A DNA stretch of 64,000 nucleotides from Paraspadella gotoi (Eukaryota > Animalia > Chaetognatha). Under the pieces are notes generated by a model. The model was not told the DNA's origin. It was given only the letters and a program-made list of their open reading frames with translations, and searched no databases. The translations under genes were made by a program, and so were the position numbers. The stretch lies in contig JBJCIZ010001666.1 in assembly GCA_051294375.1 (NCBI GenBank), positions 46,994-110,993 of the forward strand. Direction: 5' to 3'. Of this stretch, positions 14,147-26,350 are shown in pieces. Numbering within the stretch: the stretch's first letter is position 1; the number at the start of each line of letters is the position of its first letter.

Positions 14147-14732
14147 GATGAACGGTTGGTGGATTTTAGTCCACCATAAGTGTTTAGAATTTTTTACAAC
14201 GAACTTATTTTAATAGATACGGACATGTTTCGGCTTGTTATTTCAAGCCTTCATCAGCGTTTAACAATTTGAAATAAATTTGTGCATAAGAAGAGAGAGA
14301 GATAGAGTAAAAGTTTTCCAACAAAGTGGTGAGACAGGATAGTGGTCAGATGTGAGGACAGGTTGAAGGTGAGGTCAGACTGAGTGAGTTGTGAAAAGAA
14401 GTGAAACTTGTTAGAGTGAGAGAGGGAGAGAGACAACATAGATAAGTAAATAATAAAGGAAAAGGACACATTTTTGCAATGTATAACAAAGACATAACAG
14501 TTTGAAACACTAAATGTTGGTGAAATTTAACAATTAACTAGTAAATAAATAGGTAATTAGCTGAGGAATAGTTAAGTAAAATTTGAAATTTGAAAGAAAG
14601 TTGTAGTTTATAATTTTATAAGTGATAGTCGGTTTTGAAGGTCTCGGTTTGGCATTTTATATGATATATAATTCAATATATTTTCATTATTATAATATTG
14701 TAGTATTTTATACCGCGTTACTCGTCAGAATC

Positions 14733-15085
14733 AGTAGCACCTATGGCGCCGGAGGTAGCACGAGCTCCTCCCAACCCAAAGGACTCGGGTTCGCGCCCTG
14801 TTAATTCACACAAGGCGCGACGGCCGACGGGGCATTCAATAAAGTAAATATTTATGATCACCAAGTGTTTGCCAGAGAGTTACCTTTTCTTAAACCTCCT
14901 TCTCCAGGACAGTGGGCGTGGACAGATCCGTCAACTCCTTTGGTCTCCTTGGGAATCTCTGCTACAAGATTAGGACGTTGAGCCCAAACCTTCAAACCCT
15001 GGTGGCTGATCCCAGACAAGACGACGAAAGGGCTTGGTGGCAATCTTTAACTACAAATACCGCTGACCTTATTTTACCTTCACTG
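14733..15085 (+). mobile_element. tRNA-derived SINE
   Basis: Head TGGCGCCGGAGGTAGCACG..CCTCCCAACCCAAAGG..GGTTCGCGCCC is related to the SINE at ~14100, followed by a non-tRNA body. Confidence 0.5.
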
Positions 15086-15311
15086 TCAATAATTGTCAGT
15101 TTATAATATTGTTATTTAATATCATTGTTAATTTTTTTTCCTGAGTTTCCTTTAAATTACATTGATTATAAAAATATATTTAAAGATTAAAATGATAGTC
15201 ATTAGTCAGCTGTTACACAGTTACAGATATATTAGATACAGATTTTAATTAATAAACTTTTTTAACCAGACGACCAGTATCAGTAGGTGAAGAAAAATAA
15301 GTATACTTTAT

Positions 15312-16022
15312 AACAACTTTGAGCAAACAATGTTGGATCTGCCCACAATCATTATCGGTAATTAATTAATTAATTAATTCAAGTTAAATTAATTAATTTG
15401 ATCCAAAATGTTTGTTTTGATTGATTGACTGCTTGATTACCTGCTTGATTAATTAATTGACTAATTGATTAACTGATTAATTTTTTGATTAATTAGTACA
15501 TCTTGCATTTACATTTAATATAAAAAAGAGGCATAATCAATTAGTGAAACAGGTTTTTTGTTTTTTTCCATTTAAACTTATTTCCACTCAAATGATTCCA
15601 TCGAAAAGAGATTTCCAGCTTAATCATGCACCTTTCTACTCGCATACAAAATTTCAAATCAATCGCCCCATCCACTATGAGTATTTGAGTATTGAGTAAT
15701 TGGTGTTCAAATAGTAAAATATTTTTTGATTTTTTTTATTTAAACTCATTTCCACTTGGACGATTCTATCGAAACTTCATATCCAGCTCAATCACACACT
15801 TCCCTACCCACACACAAAATTTCATTCCAATCCATCCATCCAATCACAAGTAATTGGTGTTTTTTGCTAAGTTGGGACGGACAAACAGATGGACAGATAG
15901 ACTTTATTTTTTTGCATAATTAATCATAATTTGATGTTCTGACATATAAGTGAATGCCCGACAAGATTGAGGGGGCGGACCGATGGACCGACAAAGTGAA
16001 TTATAGAGATTATAGACTAAAA
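15312..16022 (-). mobile_element. DINE-1/Helentron-associated non-autonomous element
   Basis: GTCY-type microsatellite (~15875-15900), internal ~170-180-bp tandem core, and a GCAGATCCAAC subterminal repeat next to a terminal stem-loop. Other copies at ~45.4-46.5 kb, ~55.3 kb and 57.8-59.8 kb. Confidence 0.65.
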
Positions 16023-17344
16023 ACAAGAACGGAGATTTTAATGTGTGTTGTGCCGCAGTGACTTTCTTATTACGTGTATTTCCATGTTTGAAAAGCACAG
16101 CATTGAGTTTATTTTCTAATTTATATTGTTTGTCAAGACAAGTAAATAATTCCCATGAGTATAATATAATTCCGTAGCGAGATTTCTATACAGTAGCATC
16201 TGTCAAGAACTTCGGAGAGGGCAAGCTCTGTAACTCCAGTACAAATGATAATTTGAAAGCGAGTTTTCGTCTTGATATTGAGTACTCAATACTCATACTC
16301 AATACAATACTCATATGGCTACTCCCCCTTTGGTTAGGTATTGAATAGATTTGAACCTGAAACCTTTTCGTAACGAAGTCCGACGCGCTAACGGCAAGGG
16401 TATATCTCAAGCCGCGACTCTGAATTTCGAGTTTTTCAGAAGTCGGCGTCGCATGCCAAGTGGCGGGCAGAGGCTGCATGGGGGCAATGTCGGCTCGAAG
16501 GTCAAGGATCGGTACGCGGGAGGTGGCTTCGAAGTCGGTCGCTGGAATCGGAAGTAACTCATGAAGCAGAGTCAACGTCTTGCCCAGTGTCAGTTCGGCG
16601 GGTGAGGCGTCGGAATCTTCACGTGGCGTTGCGCGAAGTCTAAACTGAAACCATGGAAGTTGGACCAGCCAGTTTTCTCCGGCGGCGGATACTGTTTTAC
16701 GCAGAATATAAGTGAAAATTTTTTTTTACTTAATAATTACACGTATACGTCGCTCATAAGAAGCGAAAAACAAATAACGAACTGCAAAATCGCGGTAAAA
16801 ATAAGCTATTATTATTTCCTCATCTCTTATATCCCTTTTTTTTCCGTGTTCACTGTTCAGCTCCGTAGTTTTTCGTTTTCTATTTGGCCCGGAACGAGGA
16901 TTTCGGCTTTACCGTCGATTCCGGCGGACTAATGATTAGTACTACGTAGTTCAAATCTTATGTGGCTCACTTTTTCGATCGTTTAGCAGCGAAAGTTGAT
17001 CCCTCGGAAGGCGCTATTTTTTCGTCGTTTTTTGGCGATTACTTTTGAACGCGTGGACCGATTTTAATGAAATTTTAAACTAAGAAACTTGAGGGAATTT
17101 GCTATCGATCGATACCAAATTTATCGAAAACAAAGCACGAGAAATAAAAGATAGTGGTCTTGCTACATTTTCGAGTCTTTTCTCTTCGAGATATTTTCGA
17201 CTTTCGAGATCCGTCAGATTTACGTTTACGTCTCTCTCACGACGAGCCACGCCTACCTTGCGACGGGGAGAGCCAAGTCTCTCTACACTCTCTCTCACTC
17301 TCTCTCCCTTCTTTCACACAAAAACTGTCTAACAATTTACAATT

Positions 17345-17390
17345 ATTTGACGCTGATGAAGGCTTGCATCAAAGCCGAAACGTTCGAAAT
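17345..17390 (+). ncRNA. Minimal type I hammerhead ribozyme (Penelope-like LTR type)
   Basis: CTGATGA (17353-17359), stem II GGCTT/AAGCC, GAAA-CG-TT cleavage context, imperfect stem I ATTTGACG/CGAAAT, and AATAAA just downstream. Confidence 0.7.
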
Positions 17391-18065
17391 GTTTCTTTGA
17401 AATAAAAATTCGTTGTAAACTGAAACCAAATTGCCTATAAATTTATTATAACGAGTGAGATAGAGATGAGAGAGAAAGAAAAACATAAAATTATGATAAA
17501 ATCAACATGCCATTTCAATTTTATATCAATTCAATTTTGAAATTTTGCTGGTCGACTTTTAGGAACTCAAATGATTTCAACAAAGACGAAGACGACGACG
17601 AACTCTTTGTACTCTGTACCTTAGTGCCGTAGTACTGTAGTGGTTTTCTGTTTGAAAATTGATTAAGAATTAAATGTTATTCATTCACTGTTTACTAACT
17701 TACATAGCATTCAGTGTCAAGAACGGCATATTATAGTGAAATTGTGTCCAGTTTTTCCGTACGATGTTGAGTTCATCACTTTCCGTCTGGGCCACTTCGT
17801 AAGCTGATTATTTTTTTTTCTCAAAAACAAAAAAATTTTAAAAATTAGGAATGGATAAAATTAAGTATGAAAAAATTTAATTCAAGTTCTTTAAGTCAAA
17901 TCATTAATTGGATCAAGTGTAACCTCTAACATTAGTACAAGTATAGAAGAAGGGAAGCGCTCTTTATCTCTCCTAAAATTCAATCTGTTGTGAACAAGAG
18001 TCAAAGGAAACCGGAAAGATATTTCAGGGGTCATGACAAATGTTTACCAAATGAATAACATCCTT

Positions 18066-18487
18066 AGAGATACAGTTTTGCCGATTTAAAAGCATGTTTT
18101 CTATGGAACCGGCATGTTTTAGAAGCGGCATTGCTATACTGGAGCGATATAGAAGGGCATGAGTTAATAGTGATTAGAAGCGGCATTGCTATACTGGAGC
18201 AGATATAGAAGCGGCATGAGTTTAATAGTGATTTAGAAGCGGCATTGCGGTACTGGAGCAGATATAGAAGCGTATTGCGGTACTGGAGCAGATATAGAAC
18301 GCATTGCGTACTGGAGCAGATATAGAAACGGCATGAGTTTTATATGATATAAAATCGGCATTGTGATACTAGGACGGATATAGAAGCGGCGTAAGTTTTA
18401 AAACAAATACAGAATTGGCATTGCGTTCTCGCAGCTGTAGATGACCTCCTCGACCCGCGGTCCTCGACCCTCGAACCTCAACAGGGC
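18066..18487 (+). repeat. Candidate left terminal repeat of the Maverick with ~27-bp subrepeats
   Basis: Starts with AG as Polinton TIRs do, is duplicated at 1879-2217 next to the second Maverick remnant, and lies directly left of the viral ORFs. Confidence 0.45.
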
Positions 18488-18900
18488 TTAATTGGTTTTG
18501 TTTAGACCTCAAACAGGATAACTGGAAACGGTTACTAAGCCTTGATATTTACTTTTGAGGTGAGAGTGCAAATCTTGTCAAGGATGACCCGAAGATGAGA
18601 CTTCACGGGTAAAAGCGAAAAACGGAATCATTTATTTGTAGAGATTATTGACCGACAGCGCCCTTTTCGATGTGTTAGTTTGAGAAAAAAAAAGAACAGT
18701 AAATTTTAAATGTTTTAAACGAATAGTTATTTTGTCACAGCATTATTATACTAGCTTTAAAATTTGTACCACTGTCTACATTTAGTTTAGTTGAAGTAAA
18801 CTCAATATTTATATTTACCAATTATAAATTTTAATTAATGTAATGAAAAAGTACAGATTAAAAAAAAAAAAAAACTTTGTCAAATTTGTCGGTAAATTAT

Positions 18901-19467
18901 TTACATAAAAGTTTCGTCAAACACTACGTCCTCCTCCTCCTCTTCCCTCTCCTCCTCCAGCACTTTTTTCAAAAAAAAATGAGGGGGGAACGATTGAGAG
19001 GGAACAAAGGAGGTGGAGGAAGGACGAGGTGGAAGGGGGGGAGGTGGAAATGAAGGTTCTTTCGGCTCGAAAGTCGAAAGAACCTTCATTTCAAACCCCA
19101 CTTTTTCCCCCTTCTTCTTTTTGATTGTGGCATAGTTTTTCGGAGCTTGATCGACCCGCCTTACTTTCGGTTTCGCCCCACCATGGGAAGAAGGAGATGG
19201 AGAGGCGACGATGACATCCAGAGGGATGTCCTCCATCTCCATCTCTGTGGTAAAGGATTTGAGTGGCGGCGGCGGTGTTGGCCAACACAAATCCTGAGTG
19301 TCCCATGATAGGGCTTTGTCCGTCGGTTGAGTTGTTGTTGTTGTTGTTGTTGTTGTCCTCTCTCGCCGGGAATTTTTTTCGCTAGATTTTTTTATTTGCT
19401 TATAAATAAAAAGTAAAATAATTACAATCAAAACGCTTAAGGCGTTTTGAATATTGCTATTTATCAT
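18901..19467 (-). CDS. Hypothetical protein with N-terminal transmembrane helix, Pro-rich and acidic tail
   Basis: 188-aa ORF; NALSVLIVIILLFIY followed by KQIKK. Confidence 0.55.
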   Translation of the reverse strand: MINSNIQNALSVLIVIILLFIYKQIKKSSEKNSRRERTTTTTTTTTQPTDKALSWDTQDLCWPTPPPPLKSFTTEMEMEDIPLDVIVASPSPSSHGGAKPKVRRVDQAPKNYATIKKKKGEKVGFEMKVLSTFEPKEPSFPPPPLPPRPSSTSFVPSQSFPPHFFLKKVLEEEREEEEEDVVFDETFM

Positions 19468-19542
19468 TTTTAATGTGATTCCCGACGAGGCGGTCAGGTA
19501 ACCGGGTGTTCCGTGTGNNNNNNNNNNNNNNNNNNNNNNNNN

Positions 19543-21396
19543 TTTTTTTGGCTATTCCATGGGTTACCGCGTCGTGGACCATCAAAGGTCCATTTTTTTA
19601 CTACAGGTAATTTTTTTTTTCGTTTGAAAAAAAAATCTCGAATATAAACCTTTCAATCTATTTTATTTTTCATCTTAAGTATTAAAATGCCAACGCGACG
19701 ACGACGACGCGACAACGAGGGCGCGACCCGCTGGACAGCATTCGGAAGATCATCTTTGCGACAACAACAACGACGCGCACAGCACGGCGAGGACGACAAC
19801 AACAACAACAACAACAACAACAGGCAACTCCGTCGCTAATCGAATCAACTTCATCAAGGTGCTTTAATGATAAACAATTAATAATTAATCAATAATATAT
19901 ACATTAATTATTTAATTATAAAAAAAATTGTTTTCAATATTTGTGTATAGGACAACAACAGGAGGGAAAGTTCCAGCAGACTCCATAAATAGAACAACAA
20001 CAACAACAAGGCACTCGATTCCAAAAGGAACCACAACATCCACAAGGTGATTTATGATAAAGAATTAATAAATTAATCAAGAATAAATTAATAAATAATA
20101 CATTAATTATTTAATTATAAAAAATTGTTTTCAATATCTGCATATAGGACAACAACAGGAGGCCGAGAACACTACAACAACAACAACAACAACAACAAGG
20201 CACTTCGACATCAAGATCCACAAGGTGATTCAATGATAAACAATTAATAAATTAATCAAATAAATACATCAATTATTTAATTATGTAAATCTATGAAAAA
20301 ATAAAAAAAACATATTTTTTTTCAATCTTAAGTAAACAAAATTTTTTTTTCAACTTACAGGCCAGAAACAAGCCAAACAACGTGGCATCAGAAACAAGCC
20401 AACACACGGCGGCATCAAACACAAACACATCGGATATAAATGATTTAATGATGAATACAATTAATAAATTAATCAAATAAATACAAAATAAAAAAATGTT
20501 TTTCAATTTTCAATTTTTTCTTTTCAGTCTTTGGCTTGTTTCTGATGCCACCGTTGTTTGGCTTGTTTCTGGCCTGTAAGTTGAAAAAAAAAATTTTGTT
20601 TATTAGATGAAAAAAAACTTATGTTTTTTTATTTTTTCATAGGATTTACATAATTAAATAATTGATGTATTTATTTGATTAATTTATTAATTGTTTATCA
20701 TTGAATCACCTTGTATCTTGATGTCGAGTGCCTTGTTGTTGTGTTGTTGTTGTTGTTGTAGTTTTCTCGGGGCCTCTGTTGTTGTCCTATATGCAGATAT
20801 TGAAAACAATTTTTATAATTAAATAATTATTGTATTATTTTATTAATTTATTTCTTGATTAATTTATTAATTCTTTATCATAAATCACCTTGTGGATGTT
20901 TGGTTCCTTGGAATCGAGTGCCTTGTTGTTGTTGTTGTTCTATTTATTGAGTCTGCTGGAGACTTTTCCCTCCTGTTGTTGTCCTATACACAAATATTGA
21001 AAACAATTTTTTTTATAATTAAATAATTAATGTATATATTTATTGATTAATTTATTAATTGTTTATCATTAAGCACCTTGATGAAGTTGATTCGATTAGC
21101 GACGGAGTTGCTGTTGTTGTTGTTGTTGTTGTGTTGTCGTCCTCGCGTTGCTGGTGCCGCCGTCGTTGTTGTTGTCGGCAAAGATGATCTTCCGAATGCT
21201 GTCCACGGGTCGCGCCTCGTTGTCGTCTCGTCGTCGTCGTCGTTGGCATTTTAATACTTAAGATGAAAAATAAAATAGATTGAAAGGTTTATATTCGAGA
21301 TTTTTTTTTCAAACGAAAAAAAAAATTACCTGTAGTAAAAAAATGGACCTTTGATGGTCCACGACGCGGTAACCCCATGGAATAGCCAAAAAAAAA
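19543..21396. repeat. Large inverted repeat (arms 19543-20402 and 20531-21396, ~128-bp spacer)
   Basis: The arms are reverse complements differing mainly by small indels. The left arm abuts a 25-N gap. Confidence 0.9.
20531..21249 (-). CDS. Multi-exon low-complexity (CAA-rich) gene built of tandem exon-intron units; mirror copy on + from ~19687
   Basis: ATG at 21249. Repeating pattern CAAG|GTG(A/C)TT...AT-rich...TATAG|GACAACAACAGGAGG about every 200 bp. Confidence 0.5.
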
Positions 21397-21713
21397 GGCA
21401 GATTGTGGAGAACATTTTTTATGATAATAGTGGGCGTCGAGTGCGGAGCAGTGAAGTGAAGTGAAAGTGAAATGAAGGAGTCCCAGATTTTGAAAATTTT
21501 GAGATAAGAAAAGAAAGAAAAGAAAGTCAAACAAAGATTAACAAAGAAAATCCTGATAAAAAATGGAAATGAATGCTTTTCTTAAAAGAAAGAAAAACAT
21601 TAATTTCCAGTTATTCTTGGCAAAGGTGCCAAAAGTTTGTTTAGGGAAAAGGTTTTTGTTCTGATGAAAACTATTTATTTTACTTATTCTGTCAATTTTT
21701 TTCAATGGAACGA

Positions 21714-21746
<33 letters not shown>

Positions 21747-22214
21747 TCGATTTTGGAGGGAAAGTTTTTTTTCATTATGAAAAGACAAAAGAATAATACA
21801 GATAAAGATTGTACGACATGAGCCTAACCCTATCCATGTTCTTCTCTCTCTCTCTCTCTCTCTCATTGTTTTTTTTTTTCATTTGCTGGTGAGAAGAACA
21901 AATCGCAAAAACAAAGGACTTGCGAGTCGGGATAATCGTTTTCACGCCCCTGATGCGATTGCAGATTTGACCTCTGTTTTTTAGGACGCTGCCAGGTGCG
22001 AAATTTTGGGGGCCGAACGAAATTTGACGAGTGGGATGAATCCTCTGACCCAAAGGTGTTCGTGGAAGGTAGCTTAAAAAGGGGGTTTTTTTTCGGAGAC
22101 CATTTCTTGAATTCGTCCCGCTGCTCGTCGCATCTTATTTTCCTCATTTTTTCGCTCAGACGATTTGACCAGTGTTTTTGCAAAATAGAAATTAAACAAT
22201 TTTGTGAAAAAAGA

Positions 22215-23533
22215 ATGGAAAACTTAAATTTTACCGCTAAATGCTTAATCTGTCGATCATATTTTGATAAAACTGCCAATAAACGGGGAATGAGTTGCGA
22301 GCATGGTCATAGCTATTGCACTCAATGCGTAGAAACGCAAAAATTTGTGACAAAAACGACATTTGTATGTTCGCTTTGTCGATCTCCATTCGTTAAGCCA
22401 TGTGAGGCTTGCAATGATTTTACTTTTAAAAATTTTTTCAATAACAATGAGCTTGAGGCCGCGAGCCTGTTAATTCAGGAACTAGTCGATGAAAATAAAA
22501 AACTGAGGTATTTTTTTTTTTTTTTGAGATAATTAATTTATATTGAACATTATTATAAATGCTTTAATTTAAATAATTAGGGAAACGCTGGGGAAAATTC
22601 GTGAGCGACAAAAACAAAACAAACTAAAAAAACAACAAAAATCTGAAAGCCATGGCGTCTCAAACGAAGAATCGGTAAAAAAACATTTTGTTTTTAAATT
22701 TTCGAATTTTTCATTTTACAAAAAAAGTTTTTAAGTGTTTTTTAATTTTTTTCGATTTTCCTTTCCCGTCCCATCCTTTTTCCTTCGGCGTCATAGCAAA
22801 CGCAATAACGCTGACATTGAGGTTGCCATTTGCGAGGCATCCTCGTCTTCCGGATTAATCAACAACAACAACAACACTTCACAGAACCGGTAAGTCAGAT
22901 TTCTTTCATATTATGCAAATGAGGAAATGAGGAAACGGGTGATTATCATAGAAAACTTATAGCTTTCATATATTTTCCTATATTTAGCTTCATGGAATAC
23001 GATTTTTCGAGAATAAATAACATAAGGTAAATTTTAATGTTTAATATTTTTCATTTTTGAAATGTTATTAAACTAAATGTGTATTTTTGTATAGATCTGT
23101 TTTGACGCCACTTTCTTCGTACGCCTTTGTCGAAAAACCTCATCCTGGTTGGTTTGAAATAATCAAGGAGAAATATGTTGCGATGTCACCTGGGGGTTTG
23201 ACTGAGAAGTCGCCTATTAGTCGTCTTAAAGTTTCTATTCCGGAGGCTCGCGAAATGATTTTTCTATGGGATACTGAGGTCATCCCAAGGGCATTCGATG
23301 AGAAGGAAGCTCTGATTGGTCAGGTGGATTCTTTAATGGGTCCGAAAATTCCATTAAGCGCTTCTATGGCATATGCAATCAATTTGTACAAACCACCTTC
23401 TTCTTACACCGCTAAAGTTAATATTCAACTTAGATTTTACACTTTAGAGGAAACCCAGGTCTTTTTCACTTCATGTACTATCTTTGGGGTTTCTCTGAAT
23501 CGCAAAGAAAGAAAATTTAATTTTTTATTTTAA
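22215..23533 (+). CDS. RING-finger (C3HC4-like) protein, 5 exons
   Basis: CLIC..CEHGHSYCTQC..CSLC. GT-AG introns 22508-22580, 22675-22796, 22890-22987 and 23027-23094 join it to ORF 23087-23533; one 1-nt indel must be assumed in an A-run of exon 2. Confidence 0.75.
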
Positions 23534-24083
23534 GGAATTCGTTCCTTCAGCTTAAAAAAGTTTGAAAAAAATAAAAACTACAAAAAAAAGGGGGACCCGT
23601 TTTTTTCTTTTTTTAAATAAAATTGTGTCAAACTTAAAATTAAATTTTAGAAGTGAAGGGTCCTGTGGTTGTAAGCATATAATTCAAGCTTACTAGATAG
23701 CATTGATCAGATAGCATGTTTAATATCTAAATTTCAATTTTATTTTCTATACATTAATTTTTAAATATTTTTTTTATGTTTTAAGTAATTCAATTTTTCA
23801 TAAAATTAAGTTTATTTTAATATTAATGTGTTAAGAGAATTTATTATTTTAAAAATATTTTTTTTATCCTTTGCATAATAAATATTTTGAATTTCGGTAA
23901 AAAAGATTATATTTTAATTTAAATTATATCATATTTAAAAAATAAAATTTGAAATGAAAAGGTTTTCTGATTGTAAGCATATATTAGCTTACTAGTTATT
24001 ATATTATTCAATAGCATTGTCTTAATGCTTTTGTTTCACTGTTTGAGAGAATTCAAGATTTTGAGTTATTAGTATTTCATTTC

Positions 24084-25259
24084 TTGCATAATCAAAATAT
24101 CCATTCAGTAAAATTTAAAAAAAAATCGAGTTTTCTAACTGTTGAACTGTCTTTAAAAAAAAATGGATCAGTCCGAGTCTCCTTCTTCGCCCATACCGCC
24201 CCCCTCCCCCGCTTTCACCGCCCCCTCAACGCCAAATTTCCCCCCCGGGATCTCCTCCTCCTTCATCCTCATTCATCAACCTCATCCGCTCATGAACTCC
24301 CTCACTTTCATGAAATCCCTCCCATTGGGCGAATGCCATTGTTCGTCGTTAATCACGATTGGCGCGCCGGTTGCGATGCAGTTTCCCAATCCCCATCTTC
24401 GGTATCTGAGGAGAGTGAAGCTTCATGCTACGGGATTCCTAAAAACATGGTTTCGATAAACTTAATTCAAATCATTGACTTTTTATCGCGAGTGAACATT
24501 GAATTTGTCAAGCGACTAAAACGACCATATTCACGAATCCATGAACTGAGATCGAGATTTTATGAGTTTGTAGACTCAGGCATTCTACTTCCGGACGGGC
24601 GCCTGAACGTGAATTTGCGACCGCAGGACGACACCATCGAGGGCACTGACGAATCTGATTGGCACCATGATCAAAGGGAAATGATTAAAAAAAAACTTTT
24701 CACCTTTAACGGACTCGAAAATGTTGATTTTTTCGGCTTAAAATGTTTTTTTCACCAGGTTGAACCTATTTTAGAGACTGAGATACCCTTTCTGTTAAAA
24801 TGTTTAAAATCGACTAATTATAACGAATTTACCTCACATCCATCAAAAATTCAGGATTTAATGTTTAAATTAGGTTGCGAATTGAATATGTTTCAATCCG
24901 TTTTCTCTAAATTTATTATTGGCATGCCTTTTTTAATGAGTTTTATTGATGAAAATAAATATTCTGATTATTGTTTAGACTGTACTAGTTACAATTATCT
25001 TTTTAACCCTCAAAATTTGGATATTATTAGTAAAACCTTTCAATTATTTAAGTCCGAAACTGAAAATCAGTGCTTCTTGAAATCTATGTATAAACGTAAA
25101 TCTAATATATGCGGTTGTGACTTTTATTCTATAATGGACGAAGCTGTAGTTAGACTTATGAAAAAATTATTAAATGGCAAACTGGTTCCATCTTTCGAAA
25201 ATTATAATATAAACATAGATTCAGATAAAATTTATTTCGTTCCAAATACTCAACTATAA
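24084..25259 (+). CDS. Hypothetical Maverick protein
   Basis: 391-aa open frame in AT-rich context. The true start is uncertain (possibly ATG 24163 with a frameshift). No motif recognised. Confidence 0.6.
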   Translation: MHNQNIHSVKFKKKSSFLTVELSLKKNGSVRVSFFAHTAPLPRFHRPLNAKFPPRDLLLLHPHSSTSSAHELPHFHEIPPIGRMPLFVVNHDWRAGCDAVSQSPSSVSEESEASCYGIPKNMVSINLIQIIDFLSRVNIEFVKRLKRPYSRIHELRSRFYEFVDSGILLPDGRLNVNLRPQDDTIEGTDESDWHHDQREMIKKKLFTFNGLENVDFFGLKCFFHQVEPILETEIPFLLKCLKSTNYNEFTSHPSKIQDLMFKLGCELNMFQSVFSKFIIGMPFLMSFIDENKYSDYCLDCTSYNYLFNPQNLDIISKTFQLFKSETENQCFLKSMYKRKSNICGCDFYSIMDEAVVRLMKKLLNGKLVPSFENYNINIDSDKIYFVPNTQL

Positions 25260-25309
25260 ATACTTTATTTAGTTTTCTTTTATATTTAGATTTACCTCAG
25301 TTTCACAAA

Positions 25310-25717
25310 ATGGCGGATAATAAAGAAAATGAACTTTTATCCGAAATGAAAAAAGGAGATGAGTCGGAAAGACTTGAAAAGAACTGTAGAAAACTCCTTA
25401 TTTTTTTCGAAAACTTATTCACTTTTCTCGGCATAATCAGGTCTTCATATTTGGACCTGATTGATCTATACATCAAAGCAGCCTATCGTCCCATAGGGTG
25501 CGAGGGATGCGAACTTCAGGACGGGATCAATAAATTTTTAGTGGGAATTCATCACTTAACCTTAGAAGTAAGAGCCATCGAAAATTCTCACGAATTTGAA
25601 ATTATAGGTGTACAATTTATTAATGAAATTGCTGAGGCCATTTCGAAGGAAACCGGTATTTTTTTTCATAATTCGGCATTTAAAAAAAATTTAATTAATA
25701 ATATTTGCATGCAGTAG
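25310..25717 (+). CDS. Hypothetical Maverick protein (may continue by frameshift to ~26000)
   Basis: 135-aa ORF with AAAATGG start context directly after the previous ORF. Confidence 0.55.
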   Translation: MADNKENELLSEMKKGDESERLEKNCRKLLIFFENLFTFLGIIRSSYLDLIDLYIKAAYRPIGCEGCELQDGINKFLVGIHHLTLEVRAIENSHEFEIIGVQFINEIAEAISKETGIFFHNSAFKKNLINNICMQ

Positions 25718-26350
25718 TAAGTCTTCGCATTGCCTCAATTAAAAATTATCATTTAGGCGTGTAACTCATGCAATCAATCGTTGTAATACCTGTAGTAGAT
25801 CTTCTGCATTTCTGCATATGAATATGTATCGCTTTTTAATGAACAGGTTTCTCAATTTTTTCTCGAACCGAAAAACTGTTATCAGAGTGTTTTGCATGCG
25901 TTTTGAAGGAAAATGAAGACTTAGTTACAAATAATTTTGTTTCTTTTAAAAAAGGGGTTTTAGCAAAAGAAGATTTAGAGCATTTGTTTTCTCGTTTAGG
26001 TTAATTTTTTTTATGTTTTTATATTTATGTTCATGTTTACTTTAAAAATAGATGGATAAATTAAAGAAGAAAAAATATGAACTGATTGATTTGACTCAAG
26101 TGATGATGATGATGATTATGATGATGATGATGATGAAATGAAAAAAAATGATTTTTGACTGTTATGGATTTGTCAAAGAAAATAAAAGTTGAAAATGACA
26201 CGAATGAGGATGAACCTTTAAACTTGTGTTTGAAAGATGAACCTTCTGCAAGCTCCTTACCCAAAAATCTGAACCCGATTTTTTTCTAACTCGGAATCCC
26301 TCGAGTCTATTGAGGACCTTGTTTTTTTAAGTCCTGAGGAATGGACGACC

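Noticed and set aside
18100-18430. CRISPR-like regular array
   Set aside because: The intervening segments are themselves repeated, there are no unique spacers or cas genes, and the context is eukaryotic; it is a tandem subrepeat.
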